IMG/VR virus record: IMGVR_UViG_3300022179_000767 | Span: 1 to 39,305 of that record | From: a virus | Taxonomy: Duplodnaviria; Caudoviricetes | Length of the DNA: 39,305 bases | Reading direction: 5' to 3' (one strand) | Shown here: positions 1 through 9,096 of the stretch, in pieces | How positions within the stretch are numbered: the stretch's first letter is position 1 | Layout: the number at the start of each line of letters is the position of its first letter | The notes under the pieces: model-generated | Databases searched by the model: none | Seen by the model: the letters and a program-made list of their open reading frames with translations, nothing else | Told to the model about the DNA's origin: nothing | Made by a program: the position numbers and the translations under genes

Positions 1-14
1 ATCAATCTCCCTAC

Positions 15-3000
15 ATGAACATGATGTATGGCGGCTACGGCGGTCTTGGCGGGATGTCTTATGGCATGCCGCAGGGGTACGGCTACGGCATGCCTCAGGG
101 CTACGGGATGCCTCAAGGCTACGGCTACGAAATGCCGCGGGTCTACGGTATGCCTCAGGGCTACGGGATGCCTCAGGGATACGGCTATGGGATGCCGCAG
201 GGTTACGGATACGGGCCGCAGGGCTATGGGCAGCCTCAGGCGACCGGCAAGGGCCCGGCGACAGGCGGCGGCGGATACGGTTACCAGCCGCCCACCCAGA
301 GCTATCTAGGCTACCCAGCCGGGCCTCAAGCGACTGGCAAAGGACCGTCCACAACCGGCGGCGGGTACGGCAGCTACACTCCTTCGACCAGCACGCCGAC
401 TGCAACCGGAAAGGGGCCGACCTCCGGGTCGGGCAACTTTCGGGACGGGGGGCGCGTAGCTAAGGCGGTTGGAGGAGCTTCGCTCATCAGCGACACGGAT
501 TTGCAGCGTCTTATGCAGCAAATCGCGATGCCGTCTGGCCCGCATACGGAAGCGCGTCGTTTCTCCGAAAGCAAGAACCCGCATCAAAACCGCATCAACA
601 TTGGCGCGCTGCATGTCGCCAGCGGTCCTATGCGGCCGGCAAAAATGCCCGCGATGCCCAAGTCCGGCGCAGAGCAGGCGTATGATGCGTACAAGCAGGT
701 AAAGAGCGCAGGCTCTGAGGCGCAGAGCTTGTACAACACGCTTTTTGGCAAATCCAACACGCAACAGCGCACGAACCCTAATCAGGTTGTCGTTAGCAAA
801 GAGCGTCCTGAAGCTCCTGCGCCGGCTCCTGCGCCTGCTCCCGAGCCTAAGGGAGACAGTGTCGCCGCGCTTGATGGCGAAATCATCATTCCTGCACGCC
901 GGGGGGGTCTAATCCCGCGTCGTGCGTTCCAATACGGCAGCGACGTGCCGTATGCTGATGAAGAAGTGCCGGGCATCATCCCCAAGGAAGTTCTGGCGAG
1001 CGGCGCTAACGCTCCGCGTGTTCTTCCCAAAAGCGATGAGCAACAGCGCGCACTTGCGCAGCAACTTGCTTCTGGCCAACAGAGCGTTGTCGGATCAATC
1101 TCCAAAGGTCTTGGCGCGGCCAACAACGCCATCAAGGGCGGGAAGCAGCTCTTTGACAGCGCGTCAAAACTGTTCTCCCCCGCTAAGGGCGCGGCAGATG
1201 CGGCCGCCGGGGCTGCGGAAGCCGCGGGCGCGACCAAGGCTGCCCCAGCTCTTGTTGACGCCATTTCTGGCTCTGCTCCGGCTGTCGCCTCCGCCGCTGA
1301 AGCGGCTACTGCGGCAGCGGCTCCTGCGGCTGCGGCTGGCGCTGCGGAGGCTGCTTCCGCCTTCGCGGTACCCGAAATCCTGTCTACGATTGGCACCGCT
1401 GCCGCGGAATTTCTCCCAGCTCTTCTCGCTGTTTTTGCTTCCGACCGCAGGATCAAACACGACGTGAAGCCGATTGGTCGCCTTTACGACGGCCAGATGG
1501 TTTACCGATACCATTTCGGCGACGGCAATTATCAGATCGGTCTGATGGCTCAAGACGCCGAAAAGAATGGGCACAAAGAAGCCGTCCACAATATGGGCGG
1601 TCTCAAGATGCTCGACTACAAGTCAGCGACTGAGGACGCCGCTAAGAAGAAAGGCTTCTATACCGGCGGTCTGGCACGCCCTGCATATCAGACGGAAGGC
1701 TTCGTCGAGCCTGCGAGCTACAGCGAAGAAGCCGATATGCCGGCTGTCGGCGCGACGGCTATGCAGTCGGATGAAGGAATGCCGGGCATCGTCCGCCGCA
1801 TTCCTGCTAACTTGCGTCCGTTCTACGAGCGGGCCTCCGCCGAAACTGGCATCCCGATCCAGTATCTGGCAGCGAAGGATTTTCAGGAGTCTCGGTTTAA
1901 CCCGGGCGCAACTGGTCGCGCAGGCGAGGTAGGTATTGCGCAAGTGATGCCAAGCACGGCGCGTGATCCCGGGTTCGGCGTGTCTCCTGCTTCGCCGCGT
2001 GATCTGTACGACCCTGAAAAGGGCATCATGTTTGGCGCTCAATATCTCGCCGGTCGCGGCAAGGCTGCGGGCGTCACCGATTGGAACGATCCTGCACAAG
2101 TCGCTAAAGCCTACGCCGCATACAATGCCGGCGGCGACCCTAACTATGTCCGAAAACTTTTCGGCCATTTGAACATGCAAGCTCCGGCGACCGGCGGTCT
2201 TGGCGCTGGCAGGGCAACGACTGTCGGCCGTGGCGCGGCTCCTACTCCTCAAGGGGAGCGTCCGTCTGGCTTGATGGCGTATCTGCCTAACAGGTTCGAA
2301 ACCGGCAAGCCGTTCGATAGCGCGACTGACTTCTTCACCAGCAAGCAGTTTGTCGTTCCCGCGATTGCGGCGATTGGTAAGGCTCTTTCGACGCCGACAC
2401 GCAGCCCCGCGTATGCGATTGGCGCTGGCCTTGTTGAGGGCGCTCAGACCTACTCCGGCCTTGAGAAGCAGGCTTCGGATATCGAGCAGACGCGTGAAAC
2501 CACCAAGACGCAGGCGCAGGTCACTGCGGGTCGTGCGCTTGAGAACCTCCGCAATTCGAGCTTTAGATCTGCGGATGGCACCAGCTATGTGGTTACGTCG
2601 GCTGGCACAATGTTGGAAAAAGCGTGGCTTGCTCTGCCTGATAAGGACCGCCCGGCTCTTCTGGGCGAGACAGCCGCGCGCGCGGAGGCTCAAAGAACTG
2701 GCGGTTCATATGGCGAGGGAGATGTCCGCATATCTCCTCTTGGCCAGTCCGGTCCCGCGACGGGTCAGCCCGCGGGCGCGGCTGGCGCGCCGGGTGGTAA
2801 GCCCGCAGCGGCGGCTGCACCCATGTTCCTTCGCGATTTAGGCCGCACGCAGGCTAAGGCGGATCACGACCTTATCCTCATCGATAAGCAAGGGTCGCAG
2901 CCTCTTAAACAGACATCAAACCAAGTTGAAGCAAACGTCGAACAGGGCGCGCGCGAAGCGGCGGACATGGGTCGCCGGCTTAACCAACTCACCTCATACA

Positions 3001-3608
3001 TGTTGAGCCTGCCTGAAACTGGCTGGACGGCCTCTGGCCCCACTGCGGAACTTAGAAATGCGTGGTCTAGCTATTATAACGATTTGCTGAACATAGCTAA
3101 AATTCCACAAGATATCCTCCGCATTAACCCGGGAGATATTGGTACTATTGAAGCGGCACGGAAGGTTGCGGCGTCTCTTGAGTTCGCTCAAACCAATAGA
3201 GCTGACCAACGCTCTCTTGGCGCGTTGCAGCGCGCGGCGGCAACCATTCCGCAAATCGGTCAATCCAAAGATGGCGACATCAAAATCCTCGCCGGCCTGT
3301 ATCAAGACAAGCAGACGGCTCTTGATGAGCGCCGGTATCTGAACGAGTACAAGAACTACATCCGCCAGCAATATGGTCCGGTCTTCGCGAATAATTATTT
3401 CGCGCAGAATGCTCTTGACGCATTCCGTCAGGAGCGCACCGGAGACATACTTGGTGAAGAAAAGGCGAAGATCGAAAGGTTCCTTAGGGCGAAGAGAGGC
3501 GATCAGCCTCTGTTCAAAGAGTTCTATGGCGCTAATCGCAAGCCTACTGAGTACATCGATAGGCTCTTAGACTCGGCTGGCTTGAGCCGGTACATTGAGA
3601 ACAATTAA
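15..3608 (+). CDS. Large virion ejection (internal) protein with peptidase S74-like autocleavage domain and SLT lytic transglycosylase domain; probably 5'-truncated by the window edge
   Basis: SDRRIK...YRY...GLMAQD motif (from nt 1440); SLT motifs [23 protein letters not shown]; the frame is open back to the window start. Confidence 0.8.
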   Translation: MNMMYGGYGGLGGMSYGMPQGYGYGMPQGYGMPQGYGYEMPRVYGMPQGYGMPQGYGYGMPQGYGYGPQGYGQPQATGKGPATGGGGYGYQPPTQSYLGYPAGPQATGKGPSTTGGGYGSYTPSTSTPTATGKGPTSGSGNFRDGGRVAKAVGGASLISDTDLQRLMQQIAMPSGPHTEARRFSESKNPHQNRINIGALHVASGPMRPAKMPAMPKSGAEQAYDAYKQVKSAGSEAQSLYNTLFGKSNTQQRTNPNQVVVSKERPEAPAPAPAPAPEPKGDSVAALDGEIIIPARRGGLIPRRAFQYGSDVPYADEEVPGIIPKEVLASGANAPRVLPKSDEQQRALAQQLASGQQSVVGSISKGLGAANNAIKGGKQLFDSASKLFSPAKGAADAAAGAAEAAGATKAAPALVDAISGSAPAVASAAEAATAAAAPAAAAGAAEAASAFAVPEILSTIGTAAAEFLPALLAVFASDRRIKHDVKPIGRLYDGQMVYRYHFGDGNYQIGLMAQDAEKNGHKEAVHNMGGLKMLDYKSATEDAAKKKGFYTGGLARPAYQTEGFVEPASYSEEADMPAVGATAMQSDEGMPGIVRRIPANLRPFYERASAETGIPIQYLAAKDFQESRFNPGATGRAGEVGIAQVMPSTARDPGFGVSPASPRDLYDPEKGIMFGAQYLAGRGKAAGVTDWNDPAQVAKAYAAYNAGGDPNYVRKLFGHLNMQAPATGGLGAGRATTVGRGAAPTPQGERPSGLMAYLPNRFETGKPFDSATDFFTSKQFVVPAIAAIGKALSTPTRSPAYAIGAGLVEGAQTYSGLEKQASDIEQTRETTKTQAQVTAGRALENLRNSSFRSADGTSYVVTSAGTMLEKAWLALPDKDRPALLGETAARAEAQRTGGSYGEGDVRISPLGQSGPATGQPAGAAGAPGGKPAAAAAPMFLRDLGRTQAKADHDLILIDKQGSQPLKQTSNQVEANVEQGAREAADMGRRLNQLTSYMLSLPETGWTASGPTAELRNAWSSYYNDLLNIAKIPQDILRINPGDIGTIEAARKVAASLEFAQTNRADQRSLGALQRAAATIPQIGQSKDGDIKILAGLYQDKQTALDERRYLNEYKNYIRQQYGPVFANNYFAQNALDAFRQERTGDILGEEKAKIERFLRAKRGDQPLFKEFYGANRKPTEYIDRLLDSAGLSRYIENN
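25..235 (+). repeat. Coding tandem repeat (GYGMPQ)n
   Basis: Repeated ggctacggNatgccNcag units encoding GMPQGY. Confidence 0.9.
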
Positions 3609-3617
3609 GGACGCGCC

Positions 3618-5453
3618 ATGGCCAACGATGCCGCTTTTGAAGAATTCGCCAAAGGCATCTCCATCCCCGGCGGTCCTGCCGTTTCTGGGGGTGGAGACTT
3701 TGACCAATTCTCGCAGGGCATCACGTTCGGTGATGAGAAAAAGGCCGCGCCTGCGGCTGTAAAAGCCGAAACTCCTGAATTCTTAAAGAGAGACAGGCCA
3801 GAGCCGACCCCAATGTCTATGACGGAGGTCGCGCAATCCGCTGTTCAGAACTTCCCCAGAAGCGCGACTGAGTTTGGCAAGGCCGTCATAACTCCTTTCA
3901 CGCAGCCCGTTGAGACAGCGAAAGCTCTCGGCGATATTGGCGGCGGCCTTTACTCAAAGGCGAAGGGCGCACTAGGCGTTCAGCAAGACGCCGCTGAGAA
4001 AGAAAAGGCGGAAGCCAGCGTCAATGCGATTGGCGATTTTTATCGCCAGCGTTATGGCAGCGTCGAGGGCTTCAAACGCGCACTGGCGGAAGATCCGGTC
4101 GGCGTTCTTTCCGACGCGTCGATCCTCTTCACGGGCGGCGGCAGTCTTGCCGCAAAGGCTCCGGGCGTGATCGGCAAGGCCGGCGAGCTGGCTGCGACTG
4201 TTGGAAAGACAACCGACCCGCTGAACATCGCGCTGCAAGCGCCCAAAATGGCTGCGAAGGCTGCGACGACCGCCTTCAACATTCCTGCGACGATCCAGTC
4301 CGGCGCGGCGTTCAGCTCGTTGCAGACGGCGGCCAAGGCGGGCATGGATCGCGACCCTGTCTTTTGGGCGCACTATACTGGCAAGGCGGATGCAGGCGAT
4401 CTGATCGACCGCATTCAATCTGGCGTTCGGCAGGTCGCTGAAGATCGTAGTCGGAACTACATCGCCGGCATGGACCCTATCAAGGCGCAGACGGGCTTGG
4501 ATTTCCAGCCGGTGATGGACGTGATTAACCAGTCTCGCGGCGCTACCGGCAAAGGCGTCGGCGCTTTCTACGGAGAGACCACCAACCGTGGTGCGCAGGA
4601 GGCTCTCAACGCCGTTGAGGCGGTCGTCAACCGCTGGGCCTCTAAGCCGCCGGGATCTCCGCATCAGACCCTTGAAGGTTTCGATGCGCTCAAGCAGGCT
4701 ATCGGCGACCTGAAGCCGGACACGCGCGGGAACCCGCAGGCCCGCAAGATCGTTGACGATGCATATAACGCAGTGCGGCAGTCTATCGTTAACGTCGATC
4801 CCGGCTATGCCAAAATCATGGAAGAATACGGCTCCGCCACCGAGAAGCTTAACGATATGCGGGCGGCCCTTCTGAGCGGCAAAAGCACCGACACCCGCAT
4901 TAACAAAATCCTGCGGAGCTATCGCGGCGGCGACAAGGGCAATCTGCTCGAAGATCTCTATAAGCGCGACCCGCAGCTCATCTCCGCCATAGCCGGCTAT
5001 GACCTATCGCCCTACCTCCCGCAGGGTCTGCGCGGCATAGTGGCCTCAGGAGCCCTCTACGGCGGCACAGGAGCCGTTCTAGGCCCCGCGGCCCTCCTAC
5101 ACCCGGCCCACGTCGCGCACGTCGCCATGGGCTCTCCTAAGCTCGTAGGCGGCGTCAATTATTTGACAGGTCGCGCCGCTGGCGCGCCGTCGAAGCTCTA
5201 TGAAATGTCGCCGACCGCCGCCCAGTCGCTGTTCCAAGCCGGCCGCGCGGAAGAGTATCTCAACCAGAACACCGGCGGCCGTATTGAGCGCAAGTCCGGT
5301 GGCCGCATTGGCAGCCATGACAGCCGCGCCGACAGGCTTGTGCGCATGGCTGAAGACGCCAAGAAGCGGATCAATTCCGCGACCGAGTCCCTTTTGGACT
5401 CACATGACGACCACATCGCCAAGGCTCTCGAAGTCGCGCAACAGAACATCTGA
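3618..5453 (+). CDS. Putative virion ejection/DNA-transfer protein
   Basis: 611 aa Ala/Gly-rich helical protein directly after the SLT-bearing ejection protein; RBS aagga. Confidence 0.6.
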   Translation: MANDAAFEEFAKGISIPGGPAVSGGGDFDQFSQGITFGDEKKAAPAAVKAETPEFLKRDRPEPTPMSMTEVAQSAVQNFPRSATEFGKAVITPFTQPVETAKALGDIGGGLYSKAKGALGVQQDAAEKEKAEASVNAIGDFYRQRYGSVEGFKRALAEDPVGVLSDASILFTGGGSLAAKAPGVIGKAGELAATVGKTTDPLNIALQAPKMAAKAATTAFNIPATIQSGAAFSSLQTAAKAGMDRDPVFWAHYTGKADAGDLIDRIQSGVRQVAEDRSRNYIAGMDPIKAQTGLDFQPVMDVINQSRGATGKGVGAFYGETTNRGAQEALNAVEAVVNRWASKPPGSPHQTLEGFDALKQAIGDLKPDTRGNPQARKIVDDAYNAVRQSIVNVDPGYAKIMEEYGSATEKLNDMRAALLSGKSTDTRINKILRSYRGGDKGNLLEDLYKRDPQLISAIAGYDLSPYLPQGLRGIVASGALYGGTGAVLGPAALLHPAHVAHVAMGSPKLVGGVNYLTGRAAGAPSKLYEMSPTAAQSLFQAGRAEEYLNQNTGGRIERKSGGRIGSHDSRADRLVRMAEDAKKRINSATESLLDSHDDHIAKALEVAQQNI

Positions 5454-5462
5454 GGTTGAGCC

Positions 5463-6137
5463 ATGCCTTCAACTTTTACGCCAAACAAAAACATCGAGAA
5501 GCCGGCATACAACAGCTTCGTGGATGACTGGAACACGCCAGTTAACGCGGACTGGGACATCATCGATAAGGCGTTCGGCGGCACTCTGACGGTGTCTTTG
5601 ACCAACGTGAACGTCACGCTGACCCAAACGCAGTGCCAGAATGTTTGCATTAAGTTGACCGGCACATTGTCTGGCAACGTCACGGTCTTCTTCCCCGCCA
5701 GCGTTTCAGGTTTTTATATCGTCGATAACGCGACCAGCGGTGCTTTTACAGTCACCCTGTCGTCGGCTGGCGCTGGCCCCTATTCCGTCACGGCCACTCA
5801 AAGCGCGAACACGTTTATTTGGTCAGATGGCGTTAGCGTTTTTCTTGCCGATAACTCTCCGGTCACCGGGGGAACCGGCATCAATGTGGTTGGCACTGTT
5901 ATCTCGCTGCAAACGCCTGTGACCGTTCAAAACGGCGGCACGGGCAACATCACTTACACAAATGGCGACCTTTTGATTGGCAATTCCACTGGCAGTCTCT
6001 CAAAAGCGAAGCTCACCGCCGGGTCTAACGTAACGATCACAAACGGCGATGGCTCGATCACTATCGCCGCGGCGGGTGGCGGGTCTGGCCCCGTCGCCAA
6101 CCCGTTCGCGGTTTCTTACATTATGAGCGGCATTTAA
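5463..6137 (+). CDS. Tail/tail-fibre-related structural protein
   Basis: Thr/Gly/Ser-rich beta-type sequence with V.NGGTG and LTAGSNVTITNG motifs typical of phage fibres. Confidence 0.6.
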   Translation: MPSTFTPNKNIEKPAYNSFVDDWNTPVNADWDIIDKAFGGTLTVSLTNVNVTLTQTQCQNVCIKLTGTLSGNVTVFFPASVSGFYIVDNATSGAFTVTLSSAGAGPYSVTATQSANTFIWSDGVSVFLADNSPVTGGTGINVVGTVISLQTPVTVQNGGTGNITYTNGDLLIGNSTGSLSKAKLTAGSNVTITNGDGSITIAAAGGGSGPVANPFAVSYIMSGI

Positions 6138-6354
6138 AAACCTTTGGCACAGGGCTAAATGCTAGATATCGCTCGCCGCTAACTGCGTCTTCCCAGCAAT
6201 CAAGGTAGACTGCATGTTTATGGTGAAGAGCGTCCGTGTAGTATTGGTCGCCCTCACCGTCCTCATAGCAGTAGTACCCGTCATTATCGAGTTCAGATCG
6301 GCGTAGCCAACCAAACGTGTAGTGCCAGCCGGAGCATATGTGTTTATCTTTCAT
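6121..6354 (-). CDS. Hypothetical protein (77 aa, MKDKHICSGW...)
   Basis: Downstream ATG of ORF 6121..6516, overlapping the previous gene's stop; RBS ggagg. Confidence 0.6.
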   Translation of the reverse strand: MKDKHICSGWHYTFGWLRRSELDNDGYYCYEDGEGDQYYTDALHHKHAVYLDCWEDAVSGERYLAFSPVPKVFKCRS

Positions 6355-6559
6355 TGTTAGCCTTGGCCTCCCTGTGGCGTCCAAATGTTGGATTAGTCTC
6401 GGCGCGTATATCGGTGTTTTGCCATGTCCAACACTCGCCATTTTCTTGAAAGCAAACCCACATCCAGTGATGCTCCGCGCCATAGTCCACAATAAAGTGC
6501 GCAAGAGCCTTTCCACGCGGTGTCTCCAACGGTATGGGCGGGTCTAGTCTCAACATCAT
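6344..6559 (-). CDS. Conserved phage hypothetical protein (MMLRLDPPIPLETPRG...)
   Basis: TGATG coupling to the GcrA-like stop; Trp-rich globular sequence. Confidence 0.7.
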   Translation of the reverse strand: MMLRLDPPIPLETPRGKALAHFIVDYGAEHHWMWVCFQENGECWTWQNTDIRAETNPTFGRHREAKANNER

Positions 6560-7041
6560 CACTTGTTCCTCGCCATTTTCAAGGCGACCTTCCCGTAGTC
6601 CTTCGCCCTGATATAGCAAAGCGCAGCATGCGACTTGCAATAAGAGCCTCGTTCTTTGGGCGCTCCGCAATAAAGCGTCTCGTGTTTTTCGCCCATGTAA
6701 ACGATGTACCGACACGAGTTAATCGTAAGCTGCATCAAGGTTTTTTCGTGATGCGTGACAAGCGGCTTCTTAGCAGCCGGGAAATTTAATTCAGGGGCCT
6801 GTCGAACGCCCTTGTTAATCTGCCGGATGATGCGCCTATTCTTTATTTTAGGCGGGTACGATGGGAGTTGATATCTCTCTGGATTTCTTCTTGGAGCTAA
6901 ATGCCCTTTCATCCGCATGCGATGTATGCGACCGGCGATAGAATTCTTGGTCATGCCAAGCATCTCGCCTATTTCTGTCGTCGTCTTATCTTTCAGCCAA
7001 AGTTCCAAAATTTTTTTTGACAGCTTATCAAGATCTTCCAT
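6559..7041 (-). CDS. gcrA: GcrA-like cell-cycle transcription regulator
   Basis: N-terminal HTH (LW...T..EIGEMLGMTKNSIAGRIHRM) and C-terminal TLMQL...CRY...YCG......SYC..H...CY signature. Confidence 0.88.
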   Translation of the reverse strand: MEDLDKLSKKILELWLKDKTTTEIGEMLGMTKNSIAGRIHRMRMKGHLAPRRNPERYQLPSYPPKIKNRRIIRQINKGVRQAPELNFPAAKKPLVTHHEKTLMQLTINSCRYIVYMGEKHETLYCGAPKERGSYCKSHAALCYIRAKDYGKVALKMARNK

Positions 7042-7042
7042 T

Positions 7043-7168
7043 TTACCCTCTCACAAGCTCCAAGATAGTGCGGGCCATACTCACCGTCACGGCGAACAAA
7101 AACAGCGCCGCCGGAACGGAGCCAATCGTCGCCATGACGCAGATTAGAAAGAGAAGATAATCTACCAT
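7043..7168 (-). CDS. Small hydrophobic membrane protein (41 aa, MVDYLLFLICVMATIGSVPAALFLFAVTVSMARTILELVRG)
   Basis: Manually translated; fills the gap between the transglycosylase stop and the GcrA-like start. Confidence 0.55.
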   Translation of the reverse strand: MVDYLLFLICVMATIGSVPAALFLFAVTVSMARTILELVRG

Positions 7169-7788
7169 GTGTGTAGTTTCCCTGCCCAAGCCGGCACTTG
7201 CGTTGTGGCGGCCATGCGAACGTATTTCTGTTTGTACGCTTCAGCGCGACGCGAAAGCCTTTTATTCCATCCCTGCCAACCGGCGACATGGCACGCCGCC
7301 AATTGATTGTAAGAACGCGCACCTGCTTCTATGCACTTCTCCATGTGCCGCAGCCCGGCTTCAATTTGAGCCTTGCAGTCGGTATGAAGATCGTGCGCAG
7401 AAATCCCAAGCGCCTCTGCGCTCTTAGGCAGCACTTGCAGCGGCCCGACAGCGCGCCCGTGTTTGGTTTTAGGACCAAGCACATGGCAGCGATATCCCGA
7501 CTCCAAACGCGTCAGTCTGAGCGTGTCAGAAACGCGTTCTTGCCCAAGCTTTTCACGCGCCGCATAGGCGACCATCTTTGCGACGGTTTCCTTATCAGGC
7601 GTGCGAGATGAGACGGGAGACAAGCTCCCGGCCCATGAAAGCTTTGAAGGAGCGGCGATGCCTTTGCTCCAATAGAGACGGTCCTTGTAGAAGAACTCGG
7701 CGGCGCTTTCGGGTTCAGCCCCCAGAGGGTGTATCAGGGCGGCCGTTGTCACTGCCGCTGCCGTTACTGCCGCTATTGTCTTCCGCAT
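7162..7788 (-). CDS. SLT-family lytic transglycosylase with N-terminal signal/anchor
   Basis: Ala-rich hydrophobic N-terminus; RLESGY and AVGPLQVLPKSA motifs. Confidence 0.78.
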   Translation of the reverse strand: MRKTIAAVTAAAVTTAALIHPLGAEPESAAEFFYKDRLYWSKGIAAPSKLSWAGSLSPVSSRTPDKETVAKMVAYAAREKLGQERVSDTLRLTRLESGYRCHVLGPKTKHGRAVGPLQVLPKSAEALGISAHDLHTDCKAQIEAGLRHMEKCIEAGARSYNQLAACHVAGWQGWNKRLSRRAEAYKQKYVRMAATTQVPAWAGKLHTW

Positions 7789-8119
7789 ATCTCTGTTCCT
7801 TTTTTGGAGCCAACCGCCGTGCCATGGCGGCTATATCGTCCTCTATGTTTTCAATTGGCTGCGCTGTAGAAAGTTGTGCGCCGAAAGCAAGATAGTTGAT
7901 GCCATCGACGTAGTTCTCTGGATTAGACCTATTGTTCTCCAGCCTTGCAAGCTTAACAGCGTGCATGACAAGAGCCACGTCATATGCGGTGATCCACTTC
8001 GACGTGATGATTGATGAGATTTTCGCCGCCCGTTCTAAACAAAGCTCCATCGCACCATATTGCGCGTGTCTCTCGTTCAGAATTGATGCGGCCTTCGTGA
8101 GTACATCTCTATGGTTCAT
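7715..8119 (-). CDS. DUF6378-like phage protein
   Basis: L..A..I...R...YG ... DVALVM..VKLAR ... NYVDGINYLA pattern. Confidence 0.75.
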   Translation of the reverse strand: MNHRDVLTKAASILNERHAQYGAMELCLERAAKISSIITSKWITAYDVALVMHAVKLARLENNRSNPENYVDGINYLAFGAQLSTAQPIENIEDDIAAMARRLAPKKEQRYAEDNSGSNGSGSDNGRPDTPSGG

Positions 8120-8146
8120 TTTCTATTCCTTCAGTTAAGAGTTTAA

Positions 8147-8652
8147 TGCCTTGCCTGCGTCGCCTCGACTTGCCGGGCGTTGCCCCGCCGGGCGTTGCCT
8201 CGCCTGCCTAGCCTCGCCCGGCCTCGCCTCGCATTGCCAGCCCTCGCCTGCCTCGCCCATCAATGCGATGCCCGGCCGATCTGTGCCTAGCGTCTCCTCG
8301 CCTGCGGTGCCAATCCCAGCCCCGACTTGCAATGCCTGCCCATGCCTGCCTTGCCATGCCTCGCCCATCCGTGCCCTTCCTCTCCGGGCGTTGCCTGCGT
8401 TGCTATGCCCTGCGGTGCCTCAACTTGCCGCGCCATTCGATGCCTGCGTCGCCTCACCAAGCCCCGCCAAGCGTTGCCTTCCGATGCCTGCGTTGCCAGT
8501 CCAAGCCTTGCCGCGTCATGCGTTGCCACGCAGCGCCTTGCCTGCCGATCCCAGCCGGGCCAATCCGTGCGACGGATCGCCTTGCCTGCCTTACCTAGCC
8601 TTGCCGATCCGAGCGTAACTCGGCCGCGCCTAGCGATGCCACGCCTGCCGCG
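8147..8652 (-). ncRNA. Putative guide-RNA array: GGC-NN pentamer repeats in 10 units separated by (G/C)GCAGGC
   Basis: Strict 5-nt period; delimiters (gcctgc on +) at 8153, 8202, 8246, 8300, 8344, 8393, 8442, 8486, 8540, 8584, 8643, all spaced 4+5n; begins right after the stop codon at 8653. Confidence 0.85.
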
Positions 8653-9096
8653 TTATGCGACATCGCGCTTCTGGGATATCCCCAGACGGACGGCCTCGAC
8701 ATGCTCAACCAATTCATCCAGCTCTGGAGCCGCAAGATTGGTCAGCATAGTCGATACCTGCGCCAGCGTGATCAGGATGGCCGAATAGTGATCGGGCTTA
8801 TTGACCGTCACCACCTGTGTTTCCTGATATCCGCCGTTCGAACGGATGAAGCTTGGAACACGCACAACTTCTTCATCTGTCCTGACAACATCGACCTTCA
8901 CCCTCTTGATGAGAGCGCGCGCCTCTTGCAGCCGGTAAGCCGCAGCCGCCTCGCTGTCATCCCAAGTGAAGTAAGAGTGCAACGCGGAGTTCGGGTTTCG
9001 CGCCGCATCGACAACGTCCTCGGGGCGCAAGCGCCCCTCAGACATTAGGCTATGCAATTCCTCACGAATTGCACGCATGCGCTCCCTTGAGATCAT
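8653..9096 (-). CDS. Conserved phage protein, accessory to the Cas7-like gene
   Basis: LRPEDVVDAARNPNSALHSYFTWDD..AA..YRL.EAR.LI motif; ATGA overlap with the upstream RAMP gene. Confidence 0.8.
   Translation of the reverse strand: MISRERMRAIREELHSLMSEGRLRPEDVVDAARNPNSALHSYFTWDDSEAAAAYRLQEARALIKRVKVDVVRTDEEVVRVPSFIRSNGGYQETQVVTVNKPDHYSAILITLAQVSTMLTNLAAPELDELVEHVEAVRLGISQKRDVA

Noticed and set aside
8147-8652. Canonical CRISPR array or simple microsatellite
   Set aside because: There are no 25-45 nt identical repeats with unique spacers, and variation is confined to defined positions with regular delimiters, unlike random satellite decay
8135-8788. ORFs overlapping the pentamer array (8151..8618, 8263..8598, 8327..8788, 8135..8368, 8287..8529)
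   Set aside because: A 5-nt period is incompatible with codon structure; the ORFs are low-complexity by-products of a stop-poor GC repeat and have no RBS
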